Assembly (NCBI GenBank): GCA_963804165.1
Contig: CAWDPO010000041.1
Location: forward strand, 133,378 to 197,377
From: an uncultured delta proteobacterium
Lineage (GTDB): Bacteria > Desulfobacterota > Binatia > UBA9968
DNA length: 64,000 bases
Direction of reading: 5' to 3'
The notes below the pieces were generated by a model. That model did no database searches. It was not told the origin of the DNA and worked only from the letters and a program-made list of their open reading frames with translations. Positions 28,651 through 41,486 of this stretch are shown in pieces. Each line of letters begins with the position of its first letter. The stretch's first letter is position 1. Position numbers and translations under genes: made by a program.

Positions 28651-29982
28651 TTAGCTATCGGGTCGCTTCTTTTTCTCGTCCCATAATTTCAATCGTTCTT
28701 TGATCTGCTTTTCGTACCCGGCGTCGGACGGCGCGTAGTAGCGCTTGCCGAGCAGTTCTTTAGGCAAGTGTTCCTGATCGACGATGTGGTCTTCGAAGCT
28801 ATGCGCGTATTTGTAATCCTTGCCGTAGCCGAGCTCCTGCATCAAATATGTGGGCGCGTTGCGCAAGTGCAGGGGTACGGGCAAAGCGCCGTGTTGCTGC
28901 ACGTCTTCCGCGGCGCCGAGCATCGCTTTATACGAAGCATTTGATTTCGGCGCCGTGGCAAGATAGGTCGCTGCTTGTGCCAGGGGAATTCTCCCTTCGG
29001 GAAGCCCGATGAAATGAAAAGCATCTTTGGCGGCGACGGCGACTTGCAGCGCGCGCGGATCCGCGTTGCCGATATCTTCAGCCGCGAAGATAACCATGCG
29101 CCTGGCGATAAAGAGCGGATCTTCGCCGGCTTCGATCATGCGCATCATCCAGTAAAGCGTTGCATCCGGGTCGCTGCCGCGCATGCTTTTGATGAATGCT
29201 GAAATCACGTTGTAATGTTCTTCGCCCGCCTTGTCGTAGCGCAACGGTGTTTTTTGCAGCGCCTCTTGCAACTGCGCGAGCCCGATTTCCTGTTGGCTTT
29301 GTGCTTGTGCGAGTGCGGCCGCTGCTTCTAACGCGTTAAGCGCGACGCGGCAATCGCCCTGTGAGTGCTCGATTAGGAACGTACGTCCCTGCTCCGAGAT
29401 CACGAGCCCGAGGGATCCGAGTCCCCGTTTCGTGTCGTAGAGCGCGCGGTCGACAAGCACGCCGATCTCCGCTGGCGAGAGCGCCTTAAGCACCAACACC
29501 TGGCAGCGCGACAGCAGCGGTGAAATGACTTCGAAAGAGGGATTTTCGGTCGTGGCGCCGATCAAGGTTAGGGTGCCGCGTTCGACGTGCGGGAGAAAAT
29601 TATCCTGCTGCGCTTTATTAAAATGATGGATCTCGTCGACGAAGAGCACCGTGGTTTTACCCATTCGATGCAACTGCTCGGCCTCTTGAACAAACTTTTT
29701 GAGATCTTTCACGCCCGACGTGACCGCGGAAAAATGAACGCAGGCGGCACCCGCCGAGTCGGCGAGAATTTGCGCGAGAGTCGTTTTGCCGCTGCCGGGT
29801 GGCCCCCAAAGAATCAATGATTGCAGCTTGCTTGCCTTGACCGCGCCATACAGAAGTTTTCCCGGGCCCAGAAGATGCTCTTGGCCGACAAACTCGTTGA
29901 GCGTCGCCGGCCGCATCCGCTCCGCCAGGGGCCGCGCCAGATTGTCTTTATTATTTGACGGCGGCGGCGCAAACAGATCCAT
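28651..29982 (-). CDS. rarA: Replication-associated recombination protein A
   Basis: PLAERMRP, WGPPGSGKTT, ISAFIKSMRGSDPDA. Confidence 0.93.
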   Translation of the reverse strand: MDLFAPPPSNNKDNLARPLAERMRPATLNEFVGQEHLLGPGKLLYGAVKASKLQSLILWGPPGSGKTTLAQILADSAGAACVHFSAVTSGVKDLKKFVQEAEQLHRMGKTTVLFVDEIHHFNKAQQDNFLPHVERGTLTLIGATTENPSFEVISPLLSRCQVLVLKALSPAEIGVLVDRALYDTKRGLGSLGLVISEQGRTFLIEHSQGDCRVALNALEAAAALAQAQSQQEIGLAQLQEALQKTPLRYDKAGEEHYNVISAFIKSMRGSDPDATLYWMMRMIEAGEDPLFIARRMVIFAAEDIGNADPRALQVAVAAKDAFHFIGLPEGRIPLAQAATYLATAPKSNASYKAMLGAAEDVQQHGALPVPLHLRNAPTYLMQELGYGKDYKYAHSFEDHIVDQEHLPKELLGKRYYAPSDAGYEKQIKERLKLWDEKKKRPDS

Positions 29983-30095
29983 GGATTTATGCTAACACAG
30001 GTCTAGGTAGTGGTTATAGGGCGGTGGCCGACGACATTCGTTAGCGCAGGCACAAAGTTATGTGCTAAAATATAGCGCTGACGACGAAATGAATC

Positions 30096-30461
30096 ATGGC
30101 CACTGTAAATGACAAAGAGAACCCTTCGTTTATCCAAGGCGCCGCCCCGCGAACGGTTTTGTTCGCCAACTCATCGATCTCCGGTAAACTTAGCTACAAT
30201 TTGCCGGTTAAAATCGACGGCCATTTTACCGGGGAAATAAAATCGACAGAACTCCTGGTGATCGGCGCCAATGCTCAAGTCGACGCGCATATCTCGGCGC
30301 GCCAAGTGCATTTGGAAGGCCGATTGGTCGGGTCGGTGCAGGCGATGGGTTGTTTCGAGGTGATGCCGGGGGGATATTTCAAGGGTGAGGCGCGCGTCGG
30401 TGAACTCAGGGTTCACCCCGGAGCGATCTTCGACGGTAATGGCAACGTTCTAGGCGCCTAG
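30096..30461 (+). CDS. Bactofilin (polymer-forming cytoskeletal protein)
   Basis: IDGHFTGEI, LVIGANAQV, GAIFDG beta-helix pattern. Confidence 0.85.
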   Translation: MATVNDKENPSFIQGAAPRTVLFANSSISGKLSYNLPVKIDGHFTGEIKSTELLVIGANAQVDAHISARQVHLEGRLVGSVQAMGCFEVMPGGYFKGEARVGELRVHPGAIFDGNGNVLGA

Positions 30462-30480
30462 CGCCACAGGGACGTCAAGA

Positions 30481-30825
30481 TCATCTTTCCTCGCCAGAGA
30501 GCCGCGCGGCTTTGCCTGATCTTTCACGAAGATAGTAGAGTTTCGCGCGCCGCACTCTGCCGTGGGATACGACCTCCACTTTATCGATACGCGGCGAATG
30601 AATCGGAAAAATGCGTTCGACCCCCACGCCATAAGAAACCTTTCGTACCGTGAACATCGCGCGGCTGCCGCTGCCCGATATTGCGATCACGATGCCTTCA
30701 AATATCTGAGTCCGCTCCTTTTCGCCTTCGACAACTTTCACATGGACGCGCACGGTTTCGCCCGGGCGGAGCGATGGTGCATCGCGTTTGGCTTGCTGTG
30801 CTTCCAATTGACTGACAATGTTCAT
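30481..30825 (-). CDS. rplS: 50S ribosomal protein L19
   Basis: [29 protein letters not shown]. Confidence 0.97.
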   Translation of the reverse strand: MNIVSQLEAQQAKRDAPSLRPGETVRVHVKVVEGEKERTQIFEGIVIAISGSGSRAMFTVRKVSYGVGVERIFPIHSPRIDKVEVVSHGRVRRAKLYYLRERSGKAARLSGEER

Positions 30826-30841
30826 GATTAGCTCCTGTCTG

Positions 30842-32116
30842 TCACCGATGTCCTAGGAGGCGATCCAAAACGATTGCTGCTGCTGAGCGCACCGAGAGAT
30901 GATTAAATTCGGCGTCTCCCTCGATCGCTTCCAGGATATAGTCTGCTTGTGAAAGTATGGTTTCTGTCAGGCCCCAACCCGTGCCGAAGATTATGAGAAA
31001 GGGCCGAGTTTCTTTATTTAACATGTCTCGCAACGCGACGAAAGAGGTACGGCTGCCCGTGGGGCGCGCAGACGTCGCAACGAGAGCCGGCATCGCACCA
31101 GTCTCCCGCTCAATCGCGATAATGGCATCATCGACAGTGTCACAAATACGCGCTAATGCCAGGGCCTCCTTCCGTGTCGTGTTGTACTGGCTGCCGTATC
31201 CCACTTCCCAATGGTCGATGATTTTGAGCGCGAGCTTTTGCAGCGCTTTGACGGGGGTCACGACAAAAAATGCGCGCACCCCGTAACTGCGTCCCGTTCG
31301 CGAAATATCGTGAATGTCCATGTTGGTGACTGCAGTGGTGACGACCTGGCCATTCTTGTCGTAAACCGGATAATGCAGAAGCGCGAGGTAGACGGTGGGC
31401 ATTGCGGCCGACACAGTCGCGGTCTCGCTGCTTGCACGGTCGTTGGCGATCAGGTCCGGCCGGCGCTGCCGCGTGACGGCCAAGCTCTGCTGGCGGCGCC
31501 ATTCTTTGATGCGCCGATGATCCCCGGAGAGTAAAACTTCCGGGACCTTCATACCGCGAAACTCTTCGGGACGAGTATACTGAGGATATTCCAGCAAGCC
31601 GTCGGTGAAAGATTCTTCCGCTGCGGAATTTTCATTGCCCAGGACGCCAGGAACCAGGCGAGCGACCGCATCGATCACGACGATCGCTGCCGGCTCGCCG
31701 CCGCTTAACGTATAATCGCCGAGCGATACTTCGTCGTCGACAAAGGCGCTGACTCGTTCGTCAATCCCCTCGTAGCGGCCACAGATCAATACGATGCTGC
31801 GCATCTCGGCGAGCTTCTTGGCGGTCTGTTGGTTGAACACTCGACCCCGCGGCGTGAGGAGAATGACACGAGCATCGGTCGCTCGACTCCTGGCGTCTTC
31901 GACTGCGGCTACAAGAGGCTCCGGTTTCATCACCATACCTTGGCCACCGCCGTAGGGAGAATCGTCGGTCGTGCGATGGCGGTCGGTGGTGTAGTCGCGT
32001 AGATCGACGACGTCAATATTGATCAGACCCTTGGCCTGAGCTTTTTTTAAAATGCTATGGCTGTGAGGAGAGCTTAGTATCTCTGGAAATATCGTGATGA
32101 CGGTGAAATTGAGCAT
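30842..32116 (-). CDS. trmD: tRNA m1G37 methyltransferase TrmD fused to a TM1570-like SPOUT methyltransferase domain
   Basis: [29 protein letters not shown]; C-terminal [31 protein letters not shown]. Confidence 0.92.
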   Translation of the reverse strand: MLNFTVITIFPEILSSPHSHSILKKAQAKGLINIDVVDLRDYTTDRHRTTDDSPYGGGQGMVMKPEPLVAAVEDARSRATDARVILLTPRGRVFNQQTAKKLAEMRSIVLICGRYEGIDERVSAFVDDEVSLGDYTLSGGEPAAIVVIDAVARLVPGVLGNENSAAEESFTDGLLEYPQYTRPEEFRGMKVPEVLLSGDHRRIKEWRRQQSLAVTRQRRPDLIANDRASSETATVSAAMPTVYLALLHYPVYDKNGQVVTTAVTNMDIHDISRTGRSYGVRAFFVVTPVKALQKLALKIIDHWEVGYGSQYNTTRKEALALARICDTVDDAIIAIERETGAMPALVATSARPTGSRTSFVALRDMLNKETRPFLIIFGTGWGLTETILSQADYILEAIEGDAEFNHLSVRSAAAIVLDRLLGHR

Positions 32117-32147
32117 TCGCTTACGGATGACCCTACAGCTGGAGAAA

Positions 32148-32660
32148 TCAAAGATCCAACAGTCCAGGGGGAGGATTGATCGTCATCGTGCCGGCGTCGA
32201 AATCAACTTTTTCGATAATGTCCTTAACCGCCGGGATCAAATGTTCTTTTGTCGCGCCTTGAACCACGTAAAGTTCACCGCCGGGCGTCGACAGCGTCGA
32301 TAGGATCGTGCCGATGCGCTCGCCGTTCACGGCCAATACCTCGAAACCAACCACTTGGTAAAGATAATATTCGCCGGGCGCCAGCGCTTCGAGCGCAGAT
32401 TCTGTTACCGAAAGTGTCGAGCCAACGTATCTCTCGGCATCGTCGATGCCGTTGACGTCCCGCAATTTGATGAGCAACTGGCGCTTGTGCGGGCCGACCG
32501 CTTCGATTTCGTGAACGGATTGGTTCCCGGAGTTTTCAACGCTAACCGCCGCGCCGGAAACTAGCGCCGTGCTGGCCGGGTTGAATCGATTGACTTTTAG
32601 CCACCCCTTCAGCCCGTGAGTGGCGACGATTTCACCGAGGGGAACTAGGCGTTCAGCCAT
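32148..32660 (-). CDS. rimM: 16S rRNA processing protein RimM
   Basis: [29 protein letters not shown]; operon context. Confidence 0.92.
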   Translation of the reverse strand: MAERLVPLGEIVATHGLKGWLKVNRFNPASTALVSGAAVSVENSGNQSVHEIEAVGPHKRQLLIKLRDVNGIDDAERYVGSTLSVTESALEALAPGEYYLYQVVGFEVLAVNGERIGTILSTLSTPGGELYVVQGATKEHLIPAVKDIIEKVDFDAGTMTINPPPGLLDL

Positions 32661-32681
32661 CGGCGTTCGCACGGCGGCCCG

Positions 32682-32918
32682 CTACTTCTCTTCGACGATT
32701 TCCAGGATGACCCGGCGATTGTTGATCAGGGCAGCGGCGTTCAGCAATATGCGGAGCGACTTCGCGGTTCGTCCTTGCTTGCCGATGATTCGTCCCAGGT
32801 CTTCCTTGGCAACCTTTAGCTCGAGCACCGAGGTGCCGTCGTTTGTTGTTTCATTTATCTCAACGGCGTCAGGGTTGCTGACCAACGATCTCGCGAGGTA
32901 GCCGACCAATTCCTTCAT
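32682..32918 (-). CDS. khpA: KH-domain RNA-binding protein
   Basis: DLGRIIGKQGRTA; lies between rpsP and rimM. Confidence 0.9.
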   Translation of the reverse strand: MKELVGYLARSLVSNPDAVEINETTNDGTSVLELKVAKEDLGRIIGKQGRTAKSLRILLNAAALINNRRVILEIVEEK

Positions 32919-32928
32919 GAGGAGGTTG

Positions 32929-33174
32929 TTAACTGGCCTTTATTTCTTTCTTGATCAACTCGGACACCGTCTGAGACGGTTTGGCGCCCTTCTTGATCCA
33001 GACAGCGATCTTATCTTGATCGAGTTTAACGCCGCCGGTCTTGGCGCGCGGGTCATAGGTCCCAACTTGCTCGATATATCGACCGTCCCGTGGAAAGCGC
33101 TGGTCGCTGACAACGATACGATAGAAGGGTTTTTTCTTTGCTCCATGCCGGCTCATACGAATCGTTACGCTCAT
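32929..33174 (-). CDS. rpsP: 30S ribosomal protein S16
   Basis: [20 protein letters not shown]. Confidence 0.97.
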   Translation of the reverse strand: MSVTIRMSRHGAKKKPFYRIVVSDQRFPRDGRYIEQVGTYDPRAKTGGVKLDQDKIAVWIKKGAKPSQTVSELIKKEIKAS

Positions 33175-33193
33175 GATTCCTTGTCCTTCTCCT

Positions 33194-34534
33194 TTAGTTG
33201 AAAGGGTTGGGCATTCGACTGAATAGCGATCGCGCGCCCATCTTGCTCACCCTTTGCATCATTTTTTTCATTTCCAAGAATTGTTTCATCAAGCGATTCA
33301 CGTCGGTGACCGTGGTGCCGCTTCCTTGAGCTATGCGCCGCCGCCGGCTACCGTTCAAGATCGCCGGATTGCGCCGTTCTTTCAGGGTCATTGAGTTGAT
33401 AATTGCTTCGACACGCTTTAGCTCTTGTTCCGCCTTTTCCGCGTCCACCTGAGAAGCGAGTTTTTTACCTCCCGGAATCATTTCCAGTAGTCCGCCGACG
33501 GGCCCCATTCTCTTGATCTGCTGGAGCTGCAATTGAAATTCTTCCAACGTGAATTGTTGTTTCTGAAAGGCTTGTTGAAGACGCGCGGCTTCTTTTTGTT
33601 CGACGTTCTGCTGCACCTTGTCGATCAGCGAGAGCACGTCGCCCATGCCCAGAATTCTCGACGCCAGCCGATCCGGATAGAAGGGTTCGAGGGCGTCGAG
33701 CTTCTCACCAATGCCGGAAAATAGAATCGGCTTGCCGACCATCTCACGGATCGATAGCGCGGCACCGCCACGCGCATCGCCGTCGAGCTTCGTCAGAATA
33801 ATGCCCGAAAGCCCGAGTTTGCCGTCGAACCCCAGCGCTTGATTCACTGCATCTTGGCCGGTCATGGAATCAGCGACAAACAGGATCTGATGGGGATGCA
33901 CGGCATCTTTGATCGCTGCCAGCTCCTGCATGAGCTCTTCATCGATATGCAGTCTGCCGGCGGTATCGACCAGCAGGACGTCACAGAACTTTCTCTTCGC
34001 TTCTTCCAAGGCTTGGCGGCAAATCGCCACCGGTGAATTTTCCGGATTGGAGTCATAAACCGGCAGCTCGAGCTCGCGTCCGAGGATCTTCAATTGCTCG
34101 ATCGCCGCCGGACGATAAATATCGGCGGGAACGAGGTATGGGGTCCGTTTCTTGTCTTTCTTCAGATAGCGGGCGAGCTTGGCCAACGTCGTCGTTTTCC
34201 CGGACCCTTGCAAGCCCACCAGCATGATCACTACCGGCGGTGCCGCTTTCAAATCGAGCTCGCTAAAATCACCACCGAGAAGTACGACTAGTTCATCGCG
34301 AACGATCTTGATGAATTGTTGTTCGGGGGTAAGACTCTGCAACACGTCTTGGCCCATCGACTTGGCTTTGACCGAGTCGAGAAAGCTTTTGACCACCTTG
34401 ACGTGGACATCGGCTTCGAGAAGAGCCAAACGGACCTCACGGAGGGCATCATCGATGTTCTGCTCCGTGATCCTTCCCTGACCCCTAAGGCGTTTGAACG
34501 TTAATTCAAGCTTGTCAGTTAAGGATTCAAACAT
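33194..34534 (-). CDS. ffh: Signal recognition particle protein
   Basis: [26 protein letters not shown] domain [11 protein letters not shown]. Confidence 0.97.
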   Translation of the reverse strand: MFESLTDKLELTFKRLRGQGRITEQNIDDALREVRLALLEADVHVKVVKSFLDSVKAKSMGQDVLQSLTPEQQFIKIVRDELVVLLGGDFSELDLKAAPPVVIMLVGLQGSGKTTTLAKLARYLKKDKKRTPYLVPADIYRPAAIEQLKILGRELELPVYDSNPENSPVAICRQALEEAKRKFCDVLLVDTAGRLHIDEELMQELAAIKDAVHPHQILFVADSMTGQDAVNQALGFDGKLGLSGIILTKLDGDARGGAALSIREMVGKPILFSGIGEKLDALEPFYPDRLASRILGMGDVLSLIDKVQQNVEQKEAARLQQAFQKQQFTLEEFQLQLQQIKRMGPVGGLLEMIPGGKKLASQVDAEKAEQELKRVEAIINSMTLKERRNPAILNGSRRRRIAQGSGTTVTDVNRLMKQFLEMKKMMQRVSKMGARSLFSRMPNPFN

Positions 34535-34624
34535 GAATAGACTTGCTAAATTGCTATATTTTCAAGGAAAACTGTCAAAGCAACGTAGTATGAAAATATT
34601 CCGGAGTCAAGGTATCAATAGCAG

Positions 34625-34668
34625 AACGGCCCGCAACGCGCCTCTGTAAAGACGCGTTACGGGCCGTT
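34625..34668 (-). terminator. Terminator-like hairpin after groEL
   Basis: AACGGCCCGCAACGCG...CGCGTTACGGGCCGTT inverted repeat. Confidence 0.65.
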
Positions 34669-34696
34669 AGTGATTGTTGGGGAGTGTCGGATCACA

Positions 34697-36672
<1,976 letters not shown>

Positions 36673-36774
36673 TTCCTGTCTCCTTTCAGAGTTTGGTTTT
36701 AACTTGCTAATTTTTAAGGGGTTTGCCCTGATTGCTACCTCGACGCTATAGACGCAGTAGCTTAAGGCAAAACG

Positions 36775-36802
36775 AATCTAAGCATCAAATCGGTCATGTC
36801 AA
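36775..36802 (-). promoter_or_regulatory. Putative sigma70 promoter of groESL
   Basis: TTGACA-N16-TAGATT on the minus strand. Confidence 0.5.
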
Positions 36803-36863
36803 GTCTATGACCCCCAAGAATTTCATTCTATTCGCGGAGTTTGTGGAGGTCCTCCGTGTCGCA

Positions 36864-37139
36864 TCATTTGCGCTGTTTACGGGATTCCTCCTCGAAATAT
36901 TTGCGGTAGAGAATATCCCACTCACGGCTGCCGACGGGCACGTGGCGCGACAGAGAATTTATTTTTTCGCGCACCATGTCATCAATATGATCTTCGCGCT
37001 GGAAAAATGCATGCAACACTCGTTTGGTTTCGGAGAGCGCCCTCCCTTCGTTAGGAAAGTCGCCTAGATTTGCGCTGCGCAAGCCGTTCATGACGAGATG
37101 TGCCAGGTGCGAAATTCGGCTCTCCGATATACGGCTCAT
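36864..37139 (-). CDS. DUF507 family protein
   Basis: MRIS..RISHLAH, VPVGSREWDILYRKYFEEE. Confidence 0.75.
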   Translation of the reverse strand: MSRISESRISHLAHLVMNGLRSANLGDFPNEGRALSETKRVLHAFFQREDHIDDMVREKINSLSRHVPVGSREWDILYRKYFEEESRKQRK

Positions 37140-37411
37140 AAAATGAACCCGCGCTTGGCGGCGAGCTTTTGCTTCGCCAAAAGAAACATCTTGTAAGGAT
37201 CCAAGTCGCGCGCGCCGCGGCTGACGGAAACCAGCATTTTTCGGGCGTCTTCCTCGATCGCTTCTTCCTCGGCAAAATTTTTTGCGATGACGTCCACGAT
37301 TTTGCTCTTCAGCGCGCTGTCTTCGGCTTTCACGACGATCAGGTCATTGTCGCGGTAGCTCGTGATCAGCATAACAGCAATTCGTTCGAGTTGTTCCGCT
37401 CGCAGTTTCAT
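37136..37411 (-). CDS. DUF507 family protein
   Basis: NFAEEEAIEEDARKML, MFLLAKQKLAAKRGFIL. Confidence 0.75.
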   Translation of the reverse strand: MKLRAEQLERIAVMLITSYRDNDLIVVKAEDSALKSKIVDVIAKNFAEEEAIEEDARKMLVSVSRGARDLDPYKMFLLAKQKLAAKRGFIL

Positions 37412-37415
37412 GGAC

Positions 37416-37650
37416 TGTTGACAACTTTGTGGATAAGGTTCCGACAACCGGTGCGCATACCGGTACAAAATGTGGATTCTGCTTGGTATCTATCCGGCTC
37501 TGGAAACGAAGTCAATCATGGGTGGGCGCCGCGACAGCGCGTGCCCGTCACGCTCAAAGTGCTAAAAATTCTTGTACACGCTACGCTTTTTTGCGAGAAT
37601 AACACCTTTGAACGATAGCCTAACTGGTAATGCTCGAAAAGTTATCCACA
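37416..37650. promoter_or_regulatory. DnaA-box cluster
   Basis: Perfect boxes at 37428-37436 (TGTGGATAA) and 37642-37650 (TTATCCACA); two-mismatch boxes at 37416-37424 and 37471-37479. Confidence 0.6.
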
Positions 37651-37703
37651 GGATGAACGAGATCGCCCCCCGGTTGGCTTGAAAGAATAGGAAGTAAAGT
37701 CAT

Positions 37704-38612
37704 TTGGCTGTGCATAAACCGCAGCATTTAGAAAGAGGCGCGCGAATTGGCGTGGTGGCACCGGCCGGTAACGTGGAACCGGAACGGCTGCAGGCGGGCG
37801 TCGAGGCGATTCGCGCGGAGGGGTTCGAGATTGAATTGGCGGCCAATTTGTTTGCATCCAATGGATACCTCGCCGGCAATCCGAAACAGCGAGCTGATGA
37901 TCTGATAGCATTTTTTCGCCGCGCCGACATTGACGCAATCTTTTGCGCGCGGGGCGGATTCGGCTCCGTCCAGTTGCTGCCGTACTTGAGTTCGGAACTC
38001 AGAAAATACCCGAAGATTTTCGTCGGCTACAGTGACATTACGGTTTTGCTCAATTGGCTGCACCAATTTTGTGGCCTATTGACGTTTCACGCGCCGATGG
38101 TAGCGATGGACATTGCGCACGGCTTGAGCTCGCGGAGTAAAGCGCATCTTTGGCAAGTGTTGACTGGTGAACTGAGTGAATGGAAAGTGACTTTGGGGGA
38201 AATTATCCAGCCGGGTAGGGTCGAAGGCGAAATGGTCGGCGGCTGCCTCTCCCTCCTGGTGACCACGTTGGCGACTCCCTTCGAGATCGACACGCAGGGA
38301 AAGATATTGTTTTTGGAAGATGTCGGCGAGAAGCCGTACCGTGTCGAGCGCATGCTGACACAACTCAAAATGGCTGGAAAATTGGATCATGTCGCGGGCG
38401 TCTTGCTTGGAGATTTTACCAATTGTGAGGGCGACGGACCGAGAGATATCAGGCAAATTGTCGTCGACTTGTTGAGCGATGCAGCCTACCCGGTCGTGAT
38501 GGGAATGAATGCGGGTCATGGCCGAGAGAACCTGGCACTGCCGTTCGGAGCACGCATGGCCTTGGACGGCAATGCCTCGACATTGGAAATGCTTGAATCT
38601 CCGGTCGCATGA
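37704..38612 (+). CDS. ldcA: LD-carboxypeptidase (S66)
   Basis: CARGGFGS, FVGYSDIT, LFLEDVGE, AGHG. Confidence 0.88.
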   Translation: MAVHKPQHLERGARIGVVAPAGNVEPERLQAGVEAIRAEGFEIELAANLFASNGYLAGNPKQRADDLIAFFRRADIDAIFCARGGFGSVQLLPYLSSELRKYPKIFVGYSDITVLLNWLHQFCGLLTFHAPMVAMDIAHGLSSRSKAHLWQVLTGELSEWKVTLGEIIQPGRVEGEMVGGCLSLLVTTLATPFEIDTQGKILFLEDVGEKPYRVERMLTQLKMAGKLDHVAGVLLGDFTNCEGDGPRDIRQIVVDLLSDAAYPVVMGMNAGHGRENLALPFGARMALDGNASTLEMLESPVA

Positions 38613-38680
38613 TCCCAGGGCGGCGGACTGATGCGCGACGCCAGCTATCTTTGCATCGACAGGAACTCGTGCCATTAATC

Positions 38681-39808
38681 ATGGATTTTCAAGCGGTCGA
38701 AAAATCTTTTCAAGACGCGGTGACTGAGGGAGTTTTTCCAGGCGCGGTGGTCTTGGTCGCCAAGGACGAACGCATTGTTTATGAACAAGCGTTCGGCAAT
38801 CGTTCACTTGTGCCCAACAAGTCACCGATGCGCTTGGATACGATTTTCGATCTTGCCTCCCTGACGAAGCCGATGGCCACCGCCGTGGCTCTCATGTTGC
38901 TCATTCGCGAGCGCAAGTTGCGTTTGGATGATCAGCTCACTCGGGTGATACCCATGTATGGGGTGTTCGGCAAAAGTCTCACGACCTTTCGTCATCTGCT
39001 GAATCATTCCGCTGGACTCCCCGCCTGGAAAGCATTCTTCGAAAACATCGTGAAAAACGAAAAGACGGGTCGAATCAATTTCGTCGCAAGCCGAGCGGCG
39101 AAAAATTATGTCTACGAGGAGATTCACCGCGAGAAGGCAGTAAGCCCGCCGGGCCGTCAAAGTGTTTATAGCGACCTCGGCTTCATTATTCTTGGCGAGG
39201 CGGTGGAGATTCTTACCGGTAATACGTTCGATCGCTTCTGTCAGGAAAGAATATTTAAACCCTTGGGCCTTCGCTCCACAGGTTTTGTGGATCTGACCCA
39301 GCTCAGAACGCGGCGCCTGCAACCGGTCGAAGAAGTTATCGCGCCGACGGAAAACTGTCCGTGGCGGAAAAAAGTTCTGTGCGGGGAGGTGCACGATGAC
39401 AATGCCTATGCCATGGGGGGCGTGGCGGGTCACGCCGGGCTGTTTTCTTCGGCCCGCGATGTGCACGCTTTTTTGCTGCGGATGAGCCTGTCTCTCCAAG
39501 GGAAAGACACATTTTTACCGCAATCGCTGGTGCAAGAATTTCTCGACCGGGACGCGTCGCTGGGTGATTCGACCTTCGCGCTGGGTTGGGATACGCCGTC
39601 CGCAGGCAAGTCCGCCAGCGGCAGTCTATTTTCGCCGCGTTCAGTCGGGCATTTGGGATTCACGGGTTGCTCGATTTGGTGGGACCTGGAGAAAAATTGC
39701 CATGTCGTGCTACTGACCAATCGGGTTCACCCGTCGCGGAAGAATGAGAAGATCAAAGATTTTCGGCCCCACGTCCACGATCAGATCATGAAGGCGCTTT
39801 TCCCATGA
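38681..39808 (+). CDS. Beta-lactamase-family serine hydrolase
   Basis: FDLASLTK (SxxK), YSDLGF, GEVHDDNA, GHLGFTG. Confidence 0.88.
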   Translation: MDFQAVEKSFQDAVTEGVFPGAVVLVAKDERIVYEQAFGNRSLVPNKSPMRLDTIFDLASLTKPMATAVALMLLIRERKLRLDDQLTRVIPMYGVFGKSLTTFRHLLNHSAGLPAWKAFFENIVKNEKTGRINFVASRAAKNYVYEEIHREKAVSPPGRQSVYSDLGFIILGEAVEILTGNTFDRFCQERIFKPLGLRSTGFVDLTQLRTRRLQPVEEVIAPTENCPWRKKVLCGEVHDDNAYAMGGVAGHAGLFSSARDVHAFLLRMSLSLQGKDTFLPQSLVQEFLDRDASLGDSTFALGWDTPSAGKSASGSLFSPRSVGHLGFTGCSIWWDLEKNCHVVLLTNRVHPSRKNEKIKDFRPHVHDQIMKALFP

Positions 39809-41226
39809 ATGATCTCCCACCATCGGGGTGCCATATTCACCTGATCGCAGTATGTGGCGTCGGCATGGCGTCTCTTGCCGGTCTGTTGCAAGCGCGCGGA
39901 TACCGCGTGACGGGTTCCGATCAAAACATTTACCCACCGATGAGCACGTATCTGGCAGAAATCGGTATCGATGTGCTTGCAGGCTATCACGCGGAGCATT
40001 TGTCGCCGCGCCCTGATTTAGTCGTCGTGGGCAACGCGATATCGCGCAGTAACCCCGAAGCGCAAGCGGTGCTCGATCAAAATATCCCTTACATTTCTTT
40101 TCCGCAGGCGTTGGGCCAGTTTCTAATCGGCTCTAGGACGTCCGTCGCAGTCGCCGGCACTCATGGCAAGACGACAACGACAGCGCTTGCGGCATGGGTC
40201 TTGACCTGCGCTGGGCTGGATCCGGGATTTTTCATCGGTGGTGTGCCACTCAATTTTGGCAGCGGATGGAGAGTCGGCGCAGGCAATCATATCGTTATCG
40301 AAGGGGATGAGTACGACACTGCTTTTTTTGACAAAGGGCCGAAGTTTCTCCACTACCGGCCATGCCATGTTATTTTTACCGGTATCGAATTCGATCACGC
40401 GGATATCTACCACGATCTCGAACACGTGAAGGCAGCCTTCGCGCGCTTGATGGACATCATTCCCAGCGACGGTTCGCTGGTTCTGTGCGCGGATTATCCG
40501 GCGGCGCTGGAAATCTCCACCGGCGTGCGCTGTCCACGCATCACCTATGGCCAATTTGGCGACGCCGATTGGACGGCGAACAATGTGCAATTTCACGAAG
40601 GACGTACTTTTTTCGATGCTTGTTATCTCGGCAAATCCGAGAGCCGCATCGAAGTCAACTTGATTGGTCGGCACAACGTCATGAATGCGTTGGCCGTGTA
40701 TGCGATGGGCCGCGCCATTGACATCGAGCGCGACAAACTGCTTGAAGGTTTCTCCACCTTCAAGGGCGTCAAGCGTCGCCAAGAAATTCTAGGCGAGCGG
40801 CGCGGCGTATTGGTGATCGACGACTTTGCGCATCATCCTACCGCGGTGCGCGAAACCATTGACGCCGTCAGAGCGGCCTATCGGGGGCGGAGACTGTGGG
40901 CGATCTTCGAGCCGCGCAGCAATACCAGTAAAAGGAACGTCTTTGAAAAAGAGTTTGCCGAGGCCTTGGCGCAGGCCGACAGGATCGTCGTCGCGGACAT
41001 CTACCAACCAGAAAAGATTTCCAAAGACCAGCGACTATCCGTCGAAAACGTGGTGAGCCAGATCAACGGGTTGGCCAGGGAGCAACGAGCTCATGTCATT
41101 GGCGGTGCCGTGGAAATCGCCGCCTGCGTGGCCCGGGAGGCCCATCCAGGCGATGTGGTGCTAGTGATGTCAAACGGCGGTTTTGACGCCGTCCAGGATA
41201 AGATCTTGCAAGCGCTAGCGGGATAA
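39805..41226 (+). CDS. mpl: Murein peptide ligase
   Basis: GSDQNIYPPMS, AGTHGKTTT, DDFAHHPT, FEPRSNT, MSNGGF. Confidence 0.9.
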   Translation: MNDLPPSGCHIHLIAVCGVGMASLAGLLQARGYRVTGSDQNIYPPMSTYLAEIGIDVLAGYHAEHLSPRPDLVVVGNAISRSNPEAQAVLDQNIPYISFPQALGQFLIGSRTSVAVAGTHGKTTTTALAAWVLTCAGLDPGFFIGGVPLNFGSGWRVGAGNHIVIEGDEYDTAFFDKGPKFLHYRPCHVIFTGIEFDHADIYHDLEHVKAAFARLMDIIPSDGSLVLCADYPAALEISTGVRCPRITYGQFGDADWTANNVQFHEGRTFFDACYLGKSESRIEVNLIGRHNVMNALAVYAMGRAIDIERDKLLEGFSTFKGVKRRQEILGERRGVLVIDDFAHHPTAVRETIDAVRAAYRGRRLWAIFEPRSNTSKRNVFEKEFAEALAQADRIVVADIYQPEKISKDQRLSVENVVSQINGLAREQRAHVIGGAVEIAACVAREAHPGDVVLVMSNGGFDAVQDKILQALAG

Positions 41227-41454
41227 ATAGAGGCGTGCGCACTCCTGACTGCAAAAATGATTTCCTGACATGACCACGGCGTCCGATTTCGGCACGTAGC
41301 TCTGACATTGCGGATCAAGTACCATTTCTTCACCCGCCTCGTTGTTGAACTTGCGTCGCTTGGGTGATTTTGTTTTTCTCGCCTGCACAATCGTTTTCAC
41401 CACGGCAACGAGGATGTAACAAACCAGAAAAATGAGGACTAGACGGAGCAGCAA
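41215..41454 (-). CDS. Small membrane-anchored TRASH/YHS-like (PP0621-type) protein
   Basis: N-terminal TM, EMVLDPQCQSYVP, FCSQEC. Confidence 0.75.
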   Translation of the reverse strand: MLLRLVLIFLVCYILVAVVKTIVQARKTKSPKRRKFNNEAGEEMVLDPQCQSYVPKSDAVVMSGNHFCSQECARLYLSR

Positions 41455-41486
41455 CAGTTGGCTCCTGTCGATGGCGGCGCATCGAC

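Noticed and set aside
36690-36765. CIRCE operator upstream of groES
   Set aside because: Only loose half-sites (GTAGCAATC, TTAGCAAGT) and a weak GCTAC/GTAGC inverted repeat; no TTAGCACTC-N9-GAGTGCTAA.
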